Below are positions 46,772 to 61,492 of a stretch of 64,000 bases of DNA, in pieces. Position 1 is the first letter of the stretch. The number at the start of each line of letters is the position of its first letter. The translations under genes and the position numbers were made by a program. The notes beneath the pieces are model-generated. The model did no database searches and was not told the DNA's origin. It saw only the letters and a program-made list of their open reading frames with translations. The stretch lies in NCBI RefSeq assembly GCF_004010195.1, contig NC_057718.1, positions 75,856,801-75,920,800 on the forward strand. Reading direction: 5' to 3'. The DNA is from Chiloscyllium plagiosum (lineage: Eukaryota).

Positions 46772-47254
46772 CTAACAGAAAACAGGTAGTTGAGTGACAT
46801 ATTTTGCATCAAAATTCAATCTAGTGAAAGTATTTCTCACTTAACCCTTCATAATTTCCATTAACAGATTCAGGATAAATCATTTTCCAGTTCTCATCCC
46901 ACTGTACTGCTACCATTGCATATTTGCTGATTAATACACAGTACCCCTGAGTGCTTAGTCTGCATATGATTCATTTCTAATCCCAAGTAAACCAGAAAAG
47001 GGTTGGTCAAAAAATCATGGGTGTTTTCCAATATGGAGCTGGAGTAAAGCAAAATGGGAATCACCCTGTGCAGCTTATATGAACCTTCTCCTGGTTACTA
47101 ATGGAGCAGAGGACCTGAGAGGTGGTTACCTGATCATTGTCTTGACCAAAGGGAAGCATAAACAAATCCATGGTAATAAAACAATTAAATGTATTTTTTG
47201 TGTATCAACAACATGCTAACTGCCTTATTCTGTCATGTCCCCCAGATATAAACT

Positions 47255-47860
47255 GTGGTTAGTGATTGACTCAGCAACCAAGAGTGCAGAGACGTGTGGG
47301 TTTAAATTCTATACAGAGACTAGATTACAATCCAGTGTTATAAATGAGGAAGCACAAACATGTCAAAGATATTGTCTGTTGCATAAAATATTAAGCTAAA
47401 GCTAAAAATATTCATCCTCAGGTGAATACAAAAGGTCCCTTTGGCATGCTCAAAATGGAGCCAAGTAGTTCACTGATAATCCTACTTAATCAGCTACATC
47501 AAATTGATTGGCTTGTTATCACACAGCAGGTCAGGCAGCATCCAAGGAGCTGGAGAATCGACGTTTCGGGTATGAGCCCTTCTTCAGGAATGATTCCTGA
47601 AGGGCTCATGCCTGAAACGTCGATTCTCCTGCTCCTTGGATGCTGCCTGACCTGCTGCGCTTTTCCAGCAACACATTTTCAGCTCTGATCTCCAGCATCT
47701 GCAGCCCTCACTTTCTACTGGCTTGTTATCACATCTTGTTTTGGTGTTCTTGTGCAAACTGACTGTTGCATTACATACTTTGTAACAGTGACTAAAATTC
47801 AAAAGCACTTCATTGGCGTGAAGCATGAGATCATGAATGGCTATATTAATGAAATTGAAT
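47255..47860 (+). mobile_element. Ancient DeuSINE-like SINE (related copy ~57110-57500), interrupted by a PLE fold-back
   Basis: ctcaggtgaatacaaaaggtccc...tgtgcaaactgactg...aacagtgact...tcaaaagcacttcattggc. Confidence 0.55.
47524..47718 (+). mobile_element. Fold-back Penelope-like terminal element (family A), 15-bp TSD
   Basis: TSD tggcttgttatcaca at 47509-47523 and 47719-47733. Minus-strand core cctgaagaagggctcatacccgaaacgtcga. Confidence 0.85.
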
Positions 47861-47972
47861 TTTATCTTTACATCTGGAAGTTCACAGGAAAGCACTGTTC
47901 TCTCAATTTAGAGATAGCACCCATTCATAAATTATAGGACTGTAACAGTTAAATATAGTAATTAGTACTCAC

Positions 47973-48011
47973 TGTGCTGCGTAACTTGTCAAGCAACAGA
48001 TTCAACTGAGT
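47973..48011 (-). CDS. MYO6: Myosin VI exon 2/17 (39 nt): TQLNLLLDKLRST
   Basis: Acceptor ...ccccctcaag, donor gtgagt. Peptide identical to recalled vertebrate MYO6. Phase 0-0. Confidence 0.96.
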
Positions 48012-51000
48012 CTTGAGGGGGTGAGATAGAGAAAAAGTAAACAAACTTTAATTATTTGCATTTTGTGTTTGAACTTAAGCAAACCCACAAGTGAAATCTC
48101 TGCACGAGAGATTTTGTTGATAACTGAGCATTGCATTTTGTTTTTTAAACATGACTAGCAAAACATTATATAATGTGGAAGAACAATTTTCTGCATGCAT
48201 TTAATGAGCAGTACATTAGTGAGAAAAACCCAAATATTCACAAAATTCTAGGAGCAGCAAAAAAGCTTAATGCGATGCAACTTTAAAAATATTGATAAAA
48301 TGTTGATATGGTGGAGGTAATAGTGGAGCATGCAGCCAAACATCCTCCAAGTCATGAAGCGCGAATGAAATGATTCCTAGTAGAAACCATGCATGGCACG
48401 GCCTAACATTAACTTAAATCCTTTCCACATCCAGCGCCCAAGTTGGCTGACGTTGACAAGGTGGCCGAAACAAAGCTTTTAATTCCTCCTCCTCACCATC
48501 CCATTACCCATCACTCCAAAAATAAACAGAAGGAAGTAACAAAACCTAAGTATAATAGGAGCTAGCCCCTTCCTCAGTCCATTGGCTAATACACAGCATC
48601 GTATTGTAATGAGCCATGCAGAGCAAAAAGCTCCCACACTCAATCTTGTTGCCCATGCTGCACAATGGGAGCACTGCAATCACCTCAATTTGCCTGGATG
48701 TGTGGCCAGAGCTAGGACATCATTTTAGGTTTCTCTCTGCTCAGTGGCTCCTGTTGAAAAGGTGCACATTTCAAGAATGAGTCAGGCAGTATTAGTTGTG
48801 GGTACACTGATCCCAACAGTTCACTGGCCATCACTGTCCAAGATACATTTTAAAAAAAAACACTTAACTGCCAAGGCTTGAGGAACGCTCTCTCTTAGAT
48901 TGGACAATGACAGAGTTAAGATCAAAATCAAGAGTGAAAATTTAAAAATTCATTTCATAACTTTCTATCCCAGGCAGTGCTGCTTTGTTGCAGTCAACTT
49001 CAAAGAAATGGTGCCTGCACTGAAAATGAACATGCTAATGTTTAGCTGTGAATACTAACAAGTCAAATACTGAATTAAACAGTGTCAAATGGTGCAGTAT
49101 CATTTGTGAGAACGATCACACATCCTTTTTCAAGACGAGATGAAAGTTCCTATTTGGGAACTGGGAGCAAGGTTAGGTTAATGGCATGAAATGAAATTAT
49201 TTTTAAAATGCCCATTTGCTACGTGGAATCCCTGCTGTATCCAACAGGAGAGATGCACAGAATCAACAAGCCAATTTTATTACTGATGGTCCAAAAATCT
49301 GCACTGTGATTAGCTGCCAATTTTGCAAAGCTGAAGTGTCCTCAGAATTGAATGGGGATAAATTTAATTGTGGCCAATGACTGGGGCATTTTGTCTTTTT
49401 TTTAAAAAAAAAAGACCCAAAAAGGTAGTTGGGACCATTCATAAAAAGTAAAACGGATACATAAGGTTTGTGAGGGCAACCGTCAGACATATGGCAACTA
49501 AATAAAAAACCGTCATTATAAACTTCTACCGATCTAGATTCCTAACATGTCTCAGGATCAATCTCGTGCTAAAAAGGGTTAAAATGCAATTTTAAGCAAC
49601 CAGCCAATACGAGTGAAGTCAGTGCTCTAAGCAGGTGCTTTACTGGTGTGCGGTTGCTTGAGTAAAGATTTACCTGCTGTCCCTGGCTGTTGTCTATTTT
49701 TTCATTTCCCAACCTCCCTACAGTTTTCTTTACTCTCATCCTGAACTGGAGCATCTCACATCAAGTCACTGCCTGAGGAAAAGGAGCAAGAAAAAAGATA
49801 GAGAAGACAGACCTGAAAGTTGCCATCACTAAAGAAGAGAGGAGATTAGAAGAAAGCATCAGAAATTGAGGCAATGGACAATGGAAAGAATGTGAACATT
49901 ATAAATATCACCTTAGAGCTGTCAACATCAATTCACATTTTCTCTTCCCTCAAGTCAATTATCCTCAAAGAATGTATAAAAAAAAGGTCAGAAAACCCAT
50001 CTTACATTGTAGTAGTAGTTGGAATTTTTGTTCTCCAAAATACAATTTAGTTGGACTTTTTTTTCCCCTCATTAGACATTTGCTGCCTTTGTATTTAGTG
50101 ATGTACATTCCATTATCTATCTGGAATAGGTTTACATATGGCTCCACAAATTCAGATTATAGAAAAACAAAAAGTAAGTTTCTGAAAGACATTTTGTAAA
50201 TCTCAGTTGAAAAGATTGGGAGAGTAGAAATATTGACAAGAAAGCAGTTAGAGAAAAATTACTTGAAGCATCATAGATGAATAAGACAGAGATCAACATG
50301 AGATTTGAACACATAGGTGGCCCAAGGGTTATGTAGCAGGGATTATTTATTCCACTGGCATCAGGTGATTAGAAACCTGAAGAGAAAGTAAGGTTAAAGG
50401 AAGAAAGACACAGTATTTACACAGAACTAAGCTATGGCTCACATTTGGTTGAGGAAATCCTTGGTCTGTCCCTGATTCTTTTCCCACTCAGTAGCTTGTC
50501 CCCAAAGACACCCCCTCCTCCAGAGGAGTCTGTTTGACTGCACCAGCTGCTGTGTTCACCTCACCACCTGGATATCATGGCACCACTACTCTGGCTGCCC
50601 TCCTCCCACTATTGTTACCAGTAGCTTGGGATCAATTACATACTTCCCTACTTGAGACTTTCCACTTTGCCAACTATACATAACGCAGAGCGTATGTTTG
50701 CAAAGCAGTTGCACGGTTAACAGATTCAATAGCATATGATGGCTAGAATGTCTCTGTCCACATTAATGGCTGCATTCTCATCACGCATCGCCAATCTGAG
50801 TAAATGATATGGGTTGGGTGATATGCAGCATTTGCTCGAGATCTTCTCAGCCTCCTATCTGTAATGATATCATCTGCTCTCTGCGATGGACTACCCATGC
50901 TGGGTTATTGGTTGTCAAGTCTCTAGAAGTCACATATTTGATGACGTCTTTTTCCATCTTCCAGGAGATCATCCCTGCACTGTTCTTCAAGTCATAATTA

Positions 51001-51798
51001 GACCTTCATCCACAGGATACACCCAATGGATTCACAACACACAGGTCAGTTCCAGATTCCTCATTATTTGACTCCACTTCACTCAAGCCATCAGATACCA
51101 ACATTCCAGGATCTATACCACTGAGTGAGCTGCTCATCTCCACATCATCCATTAGGTTCCTGGCCATAGGCAACTCCCTTTCCTGAGCATCATTTTCTGA
51201 GGCTGCCTTCCAGCTGTGAGTTCACTAATTTTTTTTTATGGTAACCTGTGTCCAGCCACTTGATGACTGTGGAAGTTATGATTCCACACGTTCCGCATCT
51301 TACTCTAAGCCCTGATATTTAATTTTCAGAGGCATACCTTTGCACCAGTTGGAAGCTCAGTTCTGCTAGCCAAGTCATCAGACAATATTTTTCTTCAGTG
51401 CTTCACTTTATCCTTTTAGATGCCATCCAAAATGCTTGCTGTGATGCTTACTATTCACTTGCTCAGCTGACCATCCCCATCAGAAACAGTGGTGAACCCA
51501 AGCATTTTATCTATGGGAAGAGCAAACCCAAAGAAGAGGTGACATGGAAAATAATCTGTGGATTAGTGCAGGGTGCTATTATAGGCCAAAACCAGCTAGC
51601 TACAGAGAATACAAAATGTCTCTTTTATTTACTCTCATGTGGCATGATGAGCAGATGGTTATGCAGAGTACGGTTAAGTCAGTTGTCAAATGACCCCGAG
51701 TGACAGATCGTGGTGCAACTCTAGGTGATGCTTTAGACCTGCTTCAAAGCTTCTGTAGGATCTTGCTGTCCAAGTTATGTCCTTGATCATTGTGAATC

Positions 51799-53275
51799 CG
51801 GGAAGCGAGAAAGGAGGTAGTTAAGCCGCTGGCGAAGATCTTTGCTTCCTCACTCTCCACAGGAATCATACCGGAAGATTGGAAGGGGGGACAATGTTGT
51901 TCCTCTTTTCAAGAAGGGGATTAGGGAAATCCCTGGTAATTACAGACCAGTCAGTCTTATGTCTGTGGTCAGCAAGTTTTTGGAAAGAATTCTGAGGGAT
52001 AGGATTTATGACTATTTGGAAAAGCATAGTGTGATTAAAGGCAGTCAGCATGGCTTTGAGAGGGGCAAGTTATGCCTCACAAATCTTAGAGTTCTTTGAG
52101 GAGGTGACGAGACAAGTCGACGAAGGTTGAGCAGTAGATGTGGTGTTTATTGACTTCAGCAAGGCATTTGTTAAGATTCCCCATGGTAGACACATTCATA
52201 AAGTCAGGACGTATGGGACACAGGGAGATTTGGCTGTCTGGATTCAGAATTGGTTGGCTGTCAGAAGGCAGGGAGTGGTTGTAGATGTGTTCTTCCTGGA
52301 GGTCAGTAGTGAGTGGTGTCCATCCGGGCTTGGTTCTTGCACCTCTGCACTTCGTAGTTTTTATAAATCACTTGGACGAGGAGGTTGCCGATGATACAAA
52401 GGTTGGAGGTGCTGTTGATAGTATCAAGGGCTATTGCAGCGCAACATAGACAGGATGCAGAGCTGGGCTAAGAAATGGCAGATGGAGTTCAACTTGGATA
52501 AATGCGAAGTGTTGCATTTCGAACTTGAATGCTGAATATAGGATTAAAGTCAGAATTCTTGGCAGTGTGGAGGAACAGAGGGATCTGGGTGTGCAAGTAC
52601 ATAGATCTCTCAAATTTGCCACCCAAGTGGATAGGGTTGTTAAGGCTGCATATGGCATTTTGGCTCTCATTAACAGGGGGATTGAGTTTAAGAGCTGCGA
52701 GGTTTTGCTGCAGCTCTACGAGACCCTGGTGAGGCCACACTTGAATATTGTGTCCACGTCTGGTCACTCTATTATAGGAAAGATATTGAGGCTTTGGAGA
52801 GGGTGCAGAGGTGGTATAACAGGATGCTGTCTGGACTGGAAGGCTTGTCTTACGAAGAGAGGTTGACTAAGCCCGGACTTTTCTCTGTGGAGAAAAGGAG
52901 GAAGAGAGGTGACCTGATCAAGGTATACAAGGTAATGAGAGGCACGGATAGAGTCAATAGGAAGAGACTTTTCCCCAGGGTAGGATTGACTGGCACGAGG
53001 GGTCATCATTTTAAGATGTTAAGAGGAAGGTATAGAGGAGACGTTGGAGGTAGGTTCTTTACGCAGAGAGTTGTGAATGCATGGAATACATTGTCAACGG
53101 TCGTGGTGGAAGCAGAGTCCTTAGGGGCATTTAAGCGACTGCTGGACATGCACATGGACAGCAGTGAATTGAGGGTTGAATTGAGTAGGTTAGGCTATTT
53201 TAGTTTAGATTAGAAATAATCCTTGGCACATCATGGGCGAAAGGACCTGTTCTGTGCTGTACTTTTCTATGTCCA
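51799..53275 (+). mobile_element. 5'-truncated CR1 LINE nested in the Gypsy integrase
   Basis: ORFs 51842..52099 (GNYRPVSL), 52525..52866 and 52794..53213; CR1 tail. Confidence 0.92.
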
Positions 53276-53759
53276 ATGGAGCACCAAAACACGTAAACTA
53301 ACACTCTAGCTTTAGGTAAAGTCTTTGGGTCAAAGTGGGCAAACCTGTGTGAACCTGGTGAAGGCATCCATGATTGGAAGAACATGCTCAGTCCTGTCAA
53401 GGACCATAAAAGTCCATTTCAAAGATTTCTACAGATCCCCTGGCAGCCAGAGATTCAACGTTGGGGTGATAGTGACCAAAGCATGTTTTTCTCAATTTTG
53501 GCTGTTATCAATATCAACAACCATCCCAGGCCAGTAACACTGCTCTGTTAAGGTTTGCATCAGGGCAGCGGTCTTCTGTTGGTTGGTATTCTGCTTGATC
53601 ATGAACTGCCAGGAAAGAAGAATTTCTGTGCCCATTCAGACTCCCTCATCAGCTAGTGCTGAATTAGTACGTGTTGGGCCTTACAGTAATAGTGCAGTCT
53701 ACTGATGCAACAAACAGGATAGATAAAAGGGAACCCTCAAATGTATTAGATTTAGGTTT

Positions 53760-54912
53760 CCAAATAAGGTATCATGAAAAACACTACACAAAACAGAAGT
53801 CCAAGATGTTGGGGGTAGCATATTAGCAGGGACAGGGTGTTGGCTAACTAATAGAAGATAGGGTATTTGGATAAAGGGGGCATTTTTAGGATGCCAACCT
53901 GCGCCACAGGAATTGGTACTGGGGACACAATTATTAACAATGTGATCATGGCATGGATGAGCAAAGTAAACATACTATAGACATGTGCGTGGATCACAAA
54001 AATAAGCAGGAGGCAAGTGCTGAGGGTGACACAAAGTACAGAGGAATATGGACAGGTAAAGTGGGTGGCTAAAAACTTGACAGATGGAACAGAATGTGGG
54101 GAAATGAGATTTTACACTTCAGTGGGAAAGAGGGGAGCTGAACTTTCTTTAAATAAAGACTACACAAAACTACAGTAACAAAGGGATTTGGGAGTCCTCA
54201 TGCATAAGTTATGAAATGCCAGCATTCAGGTTCAACAGGTAATATAGGGAATACAAATGGAATGTTGGCCTTTCTTTCTGCAATGGAATATGAAAATGGC
54301 AAGGTAAAAATAAGAAGGTTTTTCTAAAACTAAAGTCCTTAGTTAGACCACAACTAGAATACTTGAACAGTTTTGGTTCTCCTGGGCAAAGAAACATACA
54401 ATACTATTCTGTGGCAACTCAGATGGTTCACCCCCTCGATTTCTGACAGAGCAGGATTTTCTTAGGAGAGTTTAAGTGGGTTTCATCTGTTAAGTAGAAT
54501 GAAAGGCAACCTATTTGAAACATGTCAGATTCTTAGAGGACTAAGATTCAGCACCATATCAGTATTGTAATGAGAGAGATACAAAACAGGTCCAGATAGT
54601 TAAAGCTGAGAGATGTTTCACCTTGACAGACACTCTAGGACCAGAGGGCATAATCTCAAAATAAGGGGTCACCCAATTAAGACAAAGATGAGGATATTTT
54701 TCTCTTGAGGGCAATGAATCTGAGGAATGCATTCTCCACAAACGTATCCAAGACTGAAATGGGCAGATATTTAATCAATAAGGAAATCGAGGGTTATGGA
54801 AAAAAGACAGGGAAATGCAGATGAGCATTATCAATTCAGCCATGATCCCACTGAATGGCAGAGCAAATTTGTTGGGCTGAATGGCCTACTTTTTGTCCTG
54901 TATTTTATGGTT
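53760..54912 (+). mobile_element. Old CR1 LINE 3' fragment
   Basis: Decayed RT motifs and tail gggctgaatggcctact...cctgtattttatgg. Confidence 0.75.
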
Positions 54913-57900
54913 TTAGGCCTGCATCAATCAATTGAAGCTGACTGAAGACATCTTTCAATTTAAGTAGCAAAGGGTGAAACCTGGCTTTAACTATCTGGAC
55001 CTGATTTGTATCTCACTCATTACAACATTGATACTCCGCTGAATCTTCGTCTGAACACTATTGGAAATTGGGTTGGAATGCTGCTTTTGAGATGGGGCAT
55101 GAAGCACTGTTAGCCACAGCCCCCTGAATCAGGCAGGGGCAGGATCTGTCCTCTGGTCAGTCTTCTGAATAAGGACATCGACATGTGCATTATTTTTGCC
55201 TGATCTATACTAGATCTGGAATCAAAACGGAGTGAATTCAATGGTCCATTGAGTTTCTATGCTCCAAGCTTGACAGACATCTGAACGTAGCTGAGTGGAG
55301 TGTTGTCTGCAAACCCCTCAAATTCAGCACTAATCAGAATGTCTCTGAATTTCTGGGAGATAAACGCCTGGCTTTGAGGTTGGCTGAGTTTCACACTGGA
55401 GTAATTCTGCATTTTCTTCTCAATCAGCTTGACACTCCAACTGGCAGAAATAACACTTTTTTTCCCTGCCATTGGACCTGTGACAGCACCTTGGCCAAAA
55501 AGACTGGTGTCAGTTCCCATGAAAGAGGTAGAAATCTGGATAGTTAACAGGTGATGAGATAAGCTTCTGCTCAAGGGTGTAAAAGGAGTCTCACATGCTG
55601 GGATCCAACTCCTCGTGATTCTCTGTGAAGTAGCATGCCTCATACATCCTTTGCTAAGCACTTCTGCAGCATTTTCTCATTTCTTCAGCAAATTGCCAGT
55701 GGGACAGCCAACTGTGCATTGCCTTGCACAAACCACCTTTAGTAACCCACTAGAGCAAGGAACCAACTCAGCTCTAACTCCCATCTTTAGCAGGAGACAC
55801 TTGTCTATTGCTCAGATTTTCTCGTCCTCAAGGGTAATGCCTTCCTTGGTAATAAAGTGTCCAGTACTGTAAGTTTATCTGGAAAAGAAAGTCAAGCCTG
55901 AAAAATGTTTACAAGTTCAACTGTGACAAGTCAGATAAGTCTTTGAAGGGTTTCCTCAAATGTCAAGCTGAAAATGAGTGCGTTATCTAGTTTCACGAGG
56001 AGAGACTAGAAATTAAAGCTAAATAAGGAAGACATACATTTTATATGCAACTAAGTCTATGGTTTATATCTGTCTGAAGACATCCTTTGTGCCTGATTCT
56101 GTTTGATCCCCATAAAGGCTCCATCCCCGAAAGGAGTTACATTCATTACTCTATCTATCCTGCTCGCTCCCTCCCTCCCTCACCACTGCTCGAGATCCTG
56201 GCACAACCACTCTGGCTGCACTTCTCAGCACTTGCCCTTGCCATCACCACCTGCTGCTAGATGTTCCATCACACTAGGAAGGCATGCTAAATCCTAATGA
56301 GAATGCACAATTAAATCTATACTAATACAATATTATTTGCCATTACTCTTTGGCAAAAAAAAACCTGTGAATTCAACTTCTGGCCTCTCCACTGTAACAG
56401 GTTCTCAGGCCACGTGACTAATATTTGATTTGATTTGGTTTGAGTTATTGTAGGCATGTGTACCTAGTGAAAAGCTGCTGCATTAGCTTTGGAACTACAG
56501 GTTCATAAAAATCAATAAATTACTCAATTACTCAACCACGTTTTGGTGTTGGATGTGTCAGTTGATTAGACGGTTTGTTTGCAATGCAGAGAGTGATGCT
56601 AACAGCACAAGCTCAATTCCCATATTGGCTGAGGTGATCACAAAGGACTCCCCTCCCCTCACCTGAAATGTGGTGACCCTCAAGTTAAATCAACACCAGT
56701 TGCCTCTCTCGTTCTAAAAAGCAGCCGCCAAATGGTCCGATAGCATTATGGTGACTTTGCATTTTACTCTGTCATGTGCAAAACTTGTCTTAACTTTCAC
56801 CAAATAGTAATTTCCATTGCTCAAATTCCTGAATATTACGTACTAGCCAGCACTCAATGATTATATTGACCGACTTGTCCCTTCAGTCAGATTCAGTAAC
56901 ACAAATGCCAAGAGATGACTGACAAACACTTGGCTCCAACTTGAAGTACGAATAGAAATTGTTTACAATCAGAAATTATCAAATTGACCTGTTAAATGCT
57001 GAGCTTTTGCCTAAATTAGACAGAGTCGAAACAGATGCTAATTTCTAACTTTCCACATTTCCTTATAACAAATACCCACTTTGGTTCAGTTGATAACAAT
57101 CTCACTTGGGGCTCACATCTGACTCCAGAAACTGGAGCTTATTATTTCAGCTGGAACTTCAGTGCAGTGCTGAAAGGAGGATTGCCACCCAGCTGGAAGT
57201 GCTGACTTTTAGTTAGATATTAAACTGAAGCACCAGCTGTCCTCTTAGGTGGCTGTATCTATTTTTAGGAGAGAGAGTAAGGAAATTCTTATAGCCTGGC
57301 TGACAATTAAATCCTCCATCACCACAAGAAATAGATGATCTGGTAATTTCTTTCATTGTTGCTGATGGAATCTTGCCATGGGCATCCACATCACAACAAT
57401 AATTACACTTGCAAAGTTTTAAAACACTTAGAACGTTTTAAAAGACTTTGGGACATATTGAAATTGTGAAAATGGATTTATACAGTAAAATCAAATCTTT
57501 CTTAAAAACAATATGCATGCACTGCACAGAAATGTATTAGCATTTCTGCCCTAACAGAAAAGCAACATTACCCGTGTTGCAACAATGACTTTCAGAGCAA
57601 TTTGCATGTTAAATTCAATAAAAATCTGGATTTAAGAGTCCAATAATGTTGGAAAAACCCATTTAGTGAAGGAAACTGCTAATCTTACCTTGTCTGGCCT
57701 ATCTATGACTCTGGACTCAGAACCCAAAAAACCTTTGGGCAAATCAGAATGGGCAATAAATTCTGTCTTGGCCAGTGACATCCATATCAACATTCACAAT
57801 GAAAAGAAACGACCTGTGATTATTCTGAATATTCTCTAATTAACCTGTTCAGAAATGTTATTATACACCCCTGGAGCAGGTGAGGCTTGAACCTGGGACA

Positions 57901-58808
57901 CTGCCACTAAGATAGTGGCTACATTTCTGGATCAGTAATCTTGTGCCTTCCTTAGAAGCTGAGAAATTTAAATTCAGTTACTAAAATCGATCAAGAATAA
58001 AACGTTAGATGAATGATTAACTGCTAAATTGTCATAAAGATCCATATGGTTTACTAATATTCTTCAGGAAAGGAAATCTGCCACATGGCAGAGATGTCAT
58101 TTCAAACCCACAGCAAGGCAGACCATTTTAACTATTCTTTGAACGGATCTAGCAAGCTAAGTTAGAGATTGTTAGGGACAGGTAATAACAGCTGGCCCAC
58201 AGATGCTCACAGCCTATGAATGAAGAAAGAATAATAAAGTTGAAATGTATTTTTTTAAACATGCTCATTAAGGATGTAGAGCACCTGATTCATCAAACTC
58301 TGGTCCTGAAGGCAAATATAAAAATAAATCAATTAGTTTATTTGGTATGAATACACAAATAACTAGATAATATACTGCAAGTGTTAAAGAGACTAATGTC
58401 AAGAATGAGTTAGGATGATTTTAAAATAGATTCAGTTATCGTTAAACTTATTCTCGTTATTATAATGTATAATACTGACAAAGTCTTCCCATTACATATA
58501 AACGAACGATCCCTTGAGTTGTGTGGGGAAGCTCTCACTTAGACAGATACCATGTCATAGCAAAGGGCAAAATATTAATATAGACTCAGAGAAGGCCAAG
58601 TTACTGGAGCACATTACAGCCTGAAAGAAAATGAAGAGTATTGATGATACTACAATCTAGATGCTCAAATCAGGATGCATTACGCAAAGTATAATAATTC
58701 AATAGGCTGCCGGTCAATATTTTAATGTTTGCTAAATTCTGTAAGAAAATATTGTACATTTCTTATTTATAGATTTACATAACGTAAGAGTTCTTTAAGT
58801 GAATCTAC

Positions 58809-58979
58809 CTTGAATTTATTTCCAACGCTAATGAAGCTCAGCTTTCCTGCCTTCTGTTTTGTGTCCTTATTGTTGTTGGTTCCTTCAAAAAGTTTCCGAA
58901 CAAATGGATCTTTTGATTCAGACACCAGTGATTCCAAGGACATGTGTAAGGCATCATTGTTTTTTTCCACAAACTTTGC
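58809..58979 (-). CDS. MYO6: Myosin VI exon (window exon 1/17, 171 nt), motor domain: [57 protein letters not shown]
   Basis: Acceptor ...ccttgacag, donor gtagat. Peptide matches the recalled MYO6 [14 protein letters not shown]...[14 protein letters not shown]. Phase 0-0. Confidence 0.97.
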
Positions 58980-59089
58980 CTGTCAAGGAGAAAGTTGCAC
59001 TGAGTACTTCCTAAATGAAGGATGCAATTATTTCAAAGACATAATTGAAACTAAGCAAATATTGGAGATTTTATAGTAGAATTAAGACA

Positions 59090-59250
59090 TCTTTAGACAG
59101 GAGGAGGAAACCGGAGCACCTGGAGGGAACCCACTCAGACACCGGGAGAATGTGCAAGCTCCACACAGACAGGCACCAGAGGCTGGAATCAAACCATTGT
59201 CCCTGGTGCTGTGAGTCAGCAGTGGTAACCACTAAGTCACCATACCACTC
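59090..59250 (-). mobile_element. HE1/V-SINE-like SINE 5' half
   Basis: ggaggaaaccggagcacctggagggaacccac...tgtgcaagctccacacagac is the reverse V-domain. Confidence 0.8.
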
Positions 59251-60830
59251 TGCATCCACTATTTCTAGCACCACTTCCTTAAGTACTCTGCAGATTATGA
59301 GGCCCTGGAGATTTATCAGCCTTCAATCCCATCAATTTCTACAACACTATTTATCTACTGCAGATTTACTTCAATTCCTCCCTCACTAACCCTGGGTTCC
59401 CCATGATTTGTTGCAAGTTATCATGGCTTCTTTTCTGAAGGCAGAAGCATAGTATAAATATAGTTCATCAGCTGTTTCTTTATTCTCCATTATAAATTCC
59501 TCAAGTTCTGACTGTAAGGGACCTCCATCAGTTTTCACTAATCTTTTTCTCTTTATACACCTACAGAAAATTTTATAGTTCTTATGTTCCCTGCAAGCTT
59601 GCTCTCATTCTATTTTTCCCTTCTTAAATCAATCCCATCATCCTCCGTTGCTGATTTCAAAACTGCTCCTAATCCTCAGGTCTTTTTTTTATGGCTAATT
59701 TGTCTGCCTTTTTTTTTACATTTCATACTCTATCTTCTCTTGTAAGCCATAGTTTGGCCATTGTTCTCTTTGCACTCTTTCAACAGAAAGCAATTAGCAA
59801 TTTTTGTAGTTCACCCATTCACTCTTTGAATATCTGCCATTGCCTGTACATGGTCATTCCTTTCAATAACATTTCCCAATCCACTAAAGCCAACTCATGC
59901 TTCACACAATCATAGTTTCCCTTAAGATTCAGGTGTCTCAGCTCAGGAAAGTCTCAATCTTGATGAAGAATTCTATAACATTATGGTCACTTAAACCCAA
60001 GGAGTCTCTCACAACTAGTCTTTTCTCATTCCAGAATATGCAGTCTAAGATGGCCTACTCTCTGGAGGATTCCCAACGTTCTGGTTCAGAAAACCATCCT
60101 GTACATGTTCTAGGAATTCTTCTTCTATGTTATTGTGACTAATTTGATTCACTCAATCTATAAAATGATTAAAGAGCGCCATAATTACAGATATTCCTTG
60201 ATTGCATGCACCTCTGATTTCCTGTTTAATGCTATTCCCAACATCACCATTACAATTTGATGGTCCATCGACCATCCCCAATGATTTGTGCTCCTTAATA
60301 TTTCTCAATTACACACACACACACACACACACTCTATATTGTCTGAGCTGATATCTTTCCTCAATATTATGTTGGTATCCTCTTTAACCAGCAATACAAC
60401 TTCACCACCTTTTCCTTTCGTATGTCCTTCCTAAATACTGAAAATGGCAGGATATTCGGTTCCCTTCCCTGGTCATCCTACATCCATGTCTCCATAATCA
60501 AGTATATAACACTTTTTTTACAACTCTTTACAAATAGCAATTTATTCATCCACTTTATTTCAAATGTTCCATGAGTTCAGACACAAAGCCTTTTTAATGT
60601 TTCTATTCTCACTGTGGCTTTGTTTGATTCTGGACTTTGATCCTTTTATCAATTCTCTTATTCCCCTTTTTGTCCATGATTCCTCTTCCTCTGACTCCTT
60701 GCATAGGTTCCCGTTCCCCTGCCAATTTCCTTCAAAACAGCTTCAACCACTCTAGCACCCCTGAGGGCATGGGTCCCAGTTCTGACAATGTGAAGCAGAG
60801 ACTATCCTCAGAAAATGGGTGAATATCTAT
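59250..60830 (-). mobile_element. Old CR1 LINE fragment (endonuclease/linker)
   Basis: Reverse strand shows decayed CR1 endonuclease motifs. Boundaries approximate. Confidence 0.6.
60311..60332 (+). repeat. (AC)11 microsatellite
   Basis: Read directly from the sequence. Confidence 0.95.
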
Positions 60831-61492
60831 CATCCATTAAAACAACCAGTTACAACTAAATAGATAAAGGACAACTAAAGCACACACACAAATGCCAAAC
60901 AGACAGGTCACGGTGACTGGGAGAGACACAAATAACAACATAAGGTAAAAAGCAGAGTGTTACAAAAAAGAAATACAAGGAAAAGGCAAAGGACATCACA
61001 TCAAGATCAAATCTCTTAAAATAATTATATCAGGAAAACGTGACCTGGAACAAATGTGTTTCCGTAATTTTTTTGTTTAAAAAAAGCCACAGACATATTA
61101 AATAATTACTGTGTGTCAGTTTTAACAGGAGACAATGTCATCATTAATAATTTTGCATCAGAATTGGAGTCTCACCAAAATTGGCACATGCAAAACAACA
61201 GTTATGAAGATGATAACTGCAAGAATGCCACATCCCCAGAACCAGATGGCTTCCACTCCAGGGTTTAAAAGAAGCGGGTGTGAACATATCAGGTGCTTCA
61301 ACTATAAACATTTAAAAATTTTCTCTGCACTCAAACTATCCTTTATATTAGAAAATTTCACATCACTCCATTTTTATGAAGTATTTTGTAAAGTGCAACC
61401 AAGGAATTGTAAAACAATTAACTTAGTATCAGATGTCAGGAATTGCTTCAATCCATAACTAAAGCTAGTGTGACCGAGTATCTTAAATTTCA

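Larger units (their letters stand above)
50450..55880 (-). mobile_element. Decayed Gypsy/Ty3-type LTR retrotransposon internal region (integrase recognisable), split by two CR1s
   Basis: Minus strand 53280-53540 gives WPGMVVDI...FEMDF...EHVLPIMDAFTRFTQVCP; after removing the CR1 it continues at 51797 with IHNDQGHNLDSKIL...LNRTL. Outer limits are uncertain and no LTRs were found. Confidence 0.7.
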
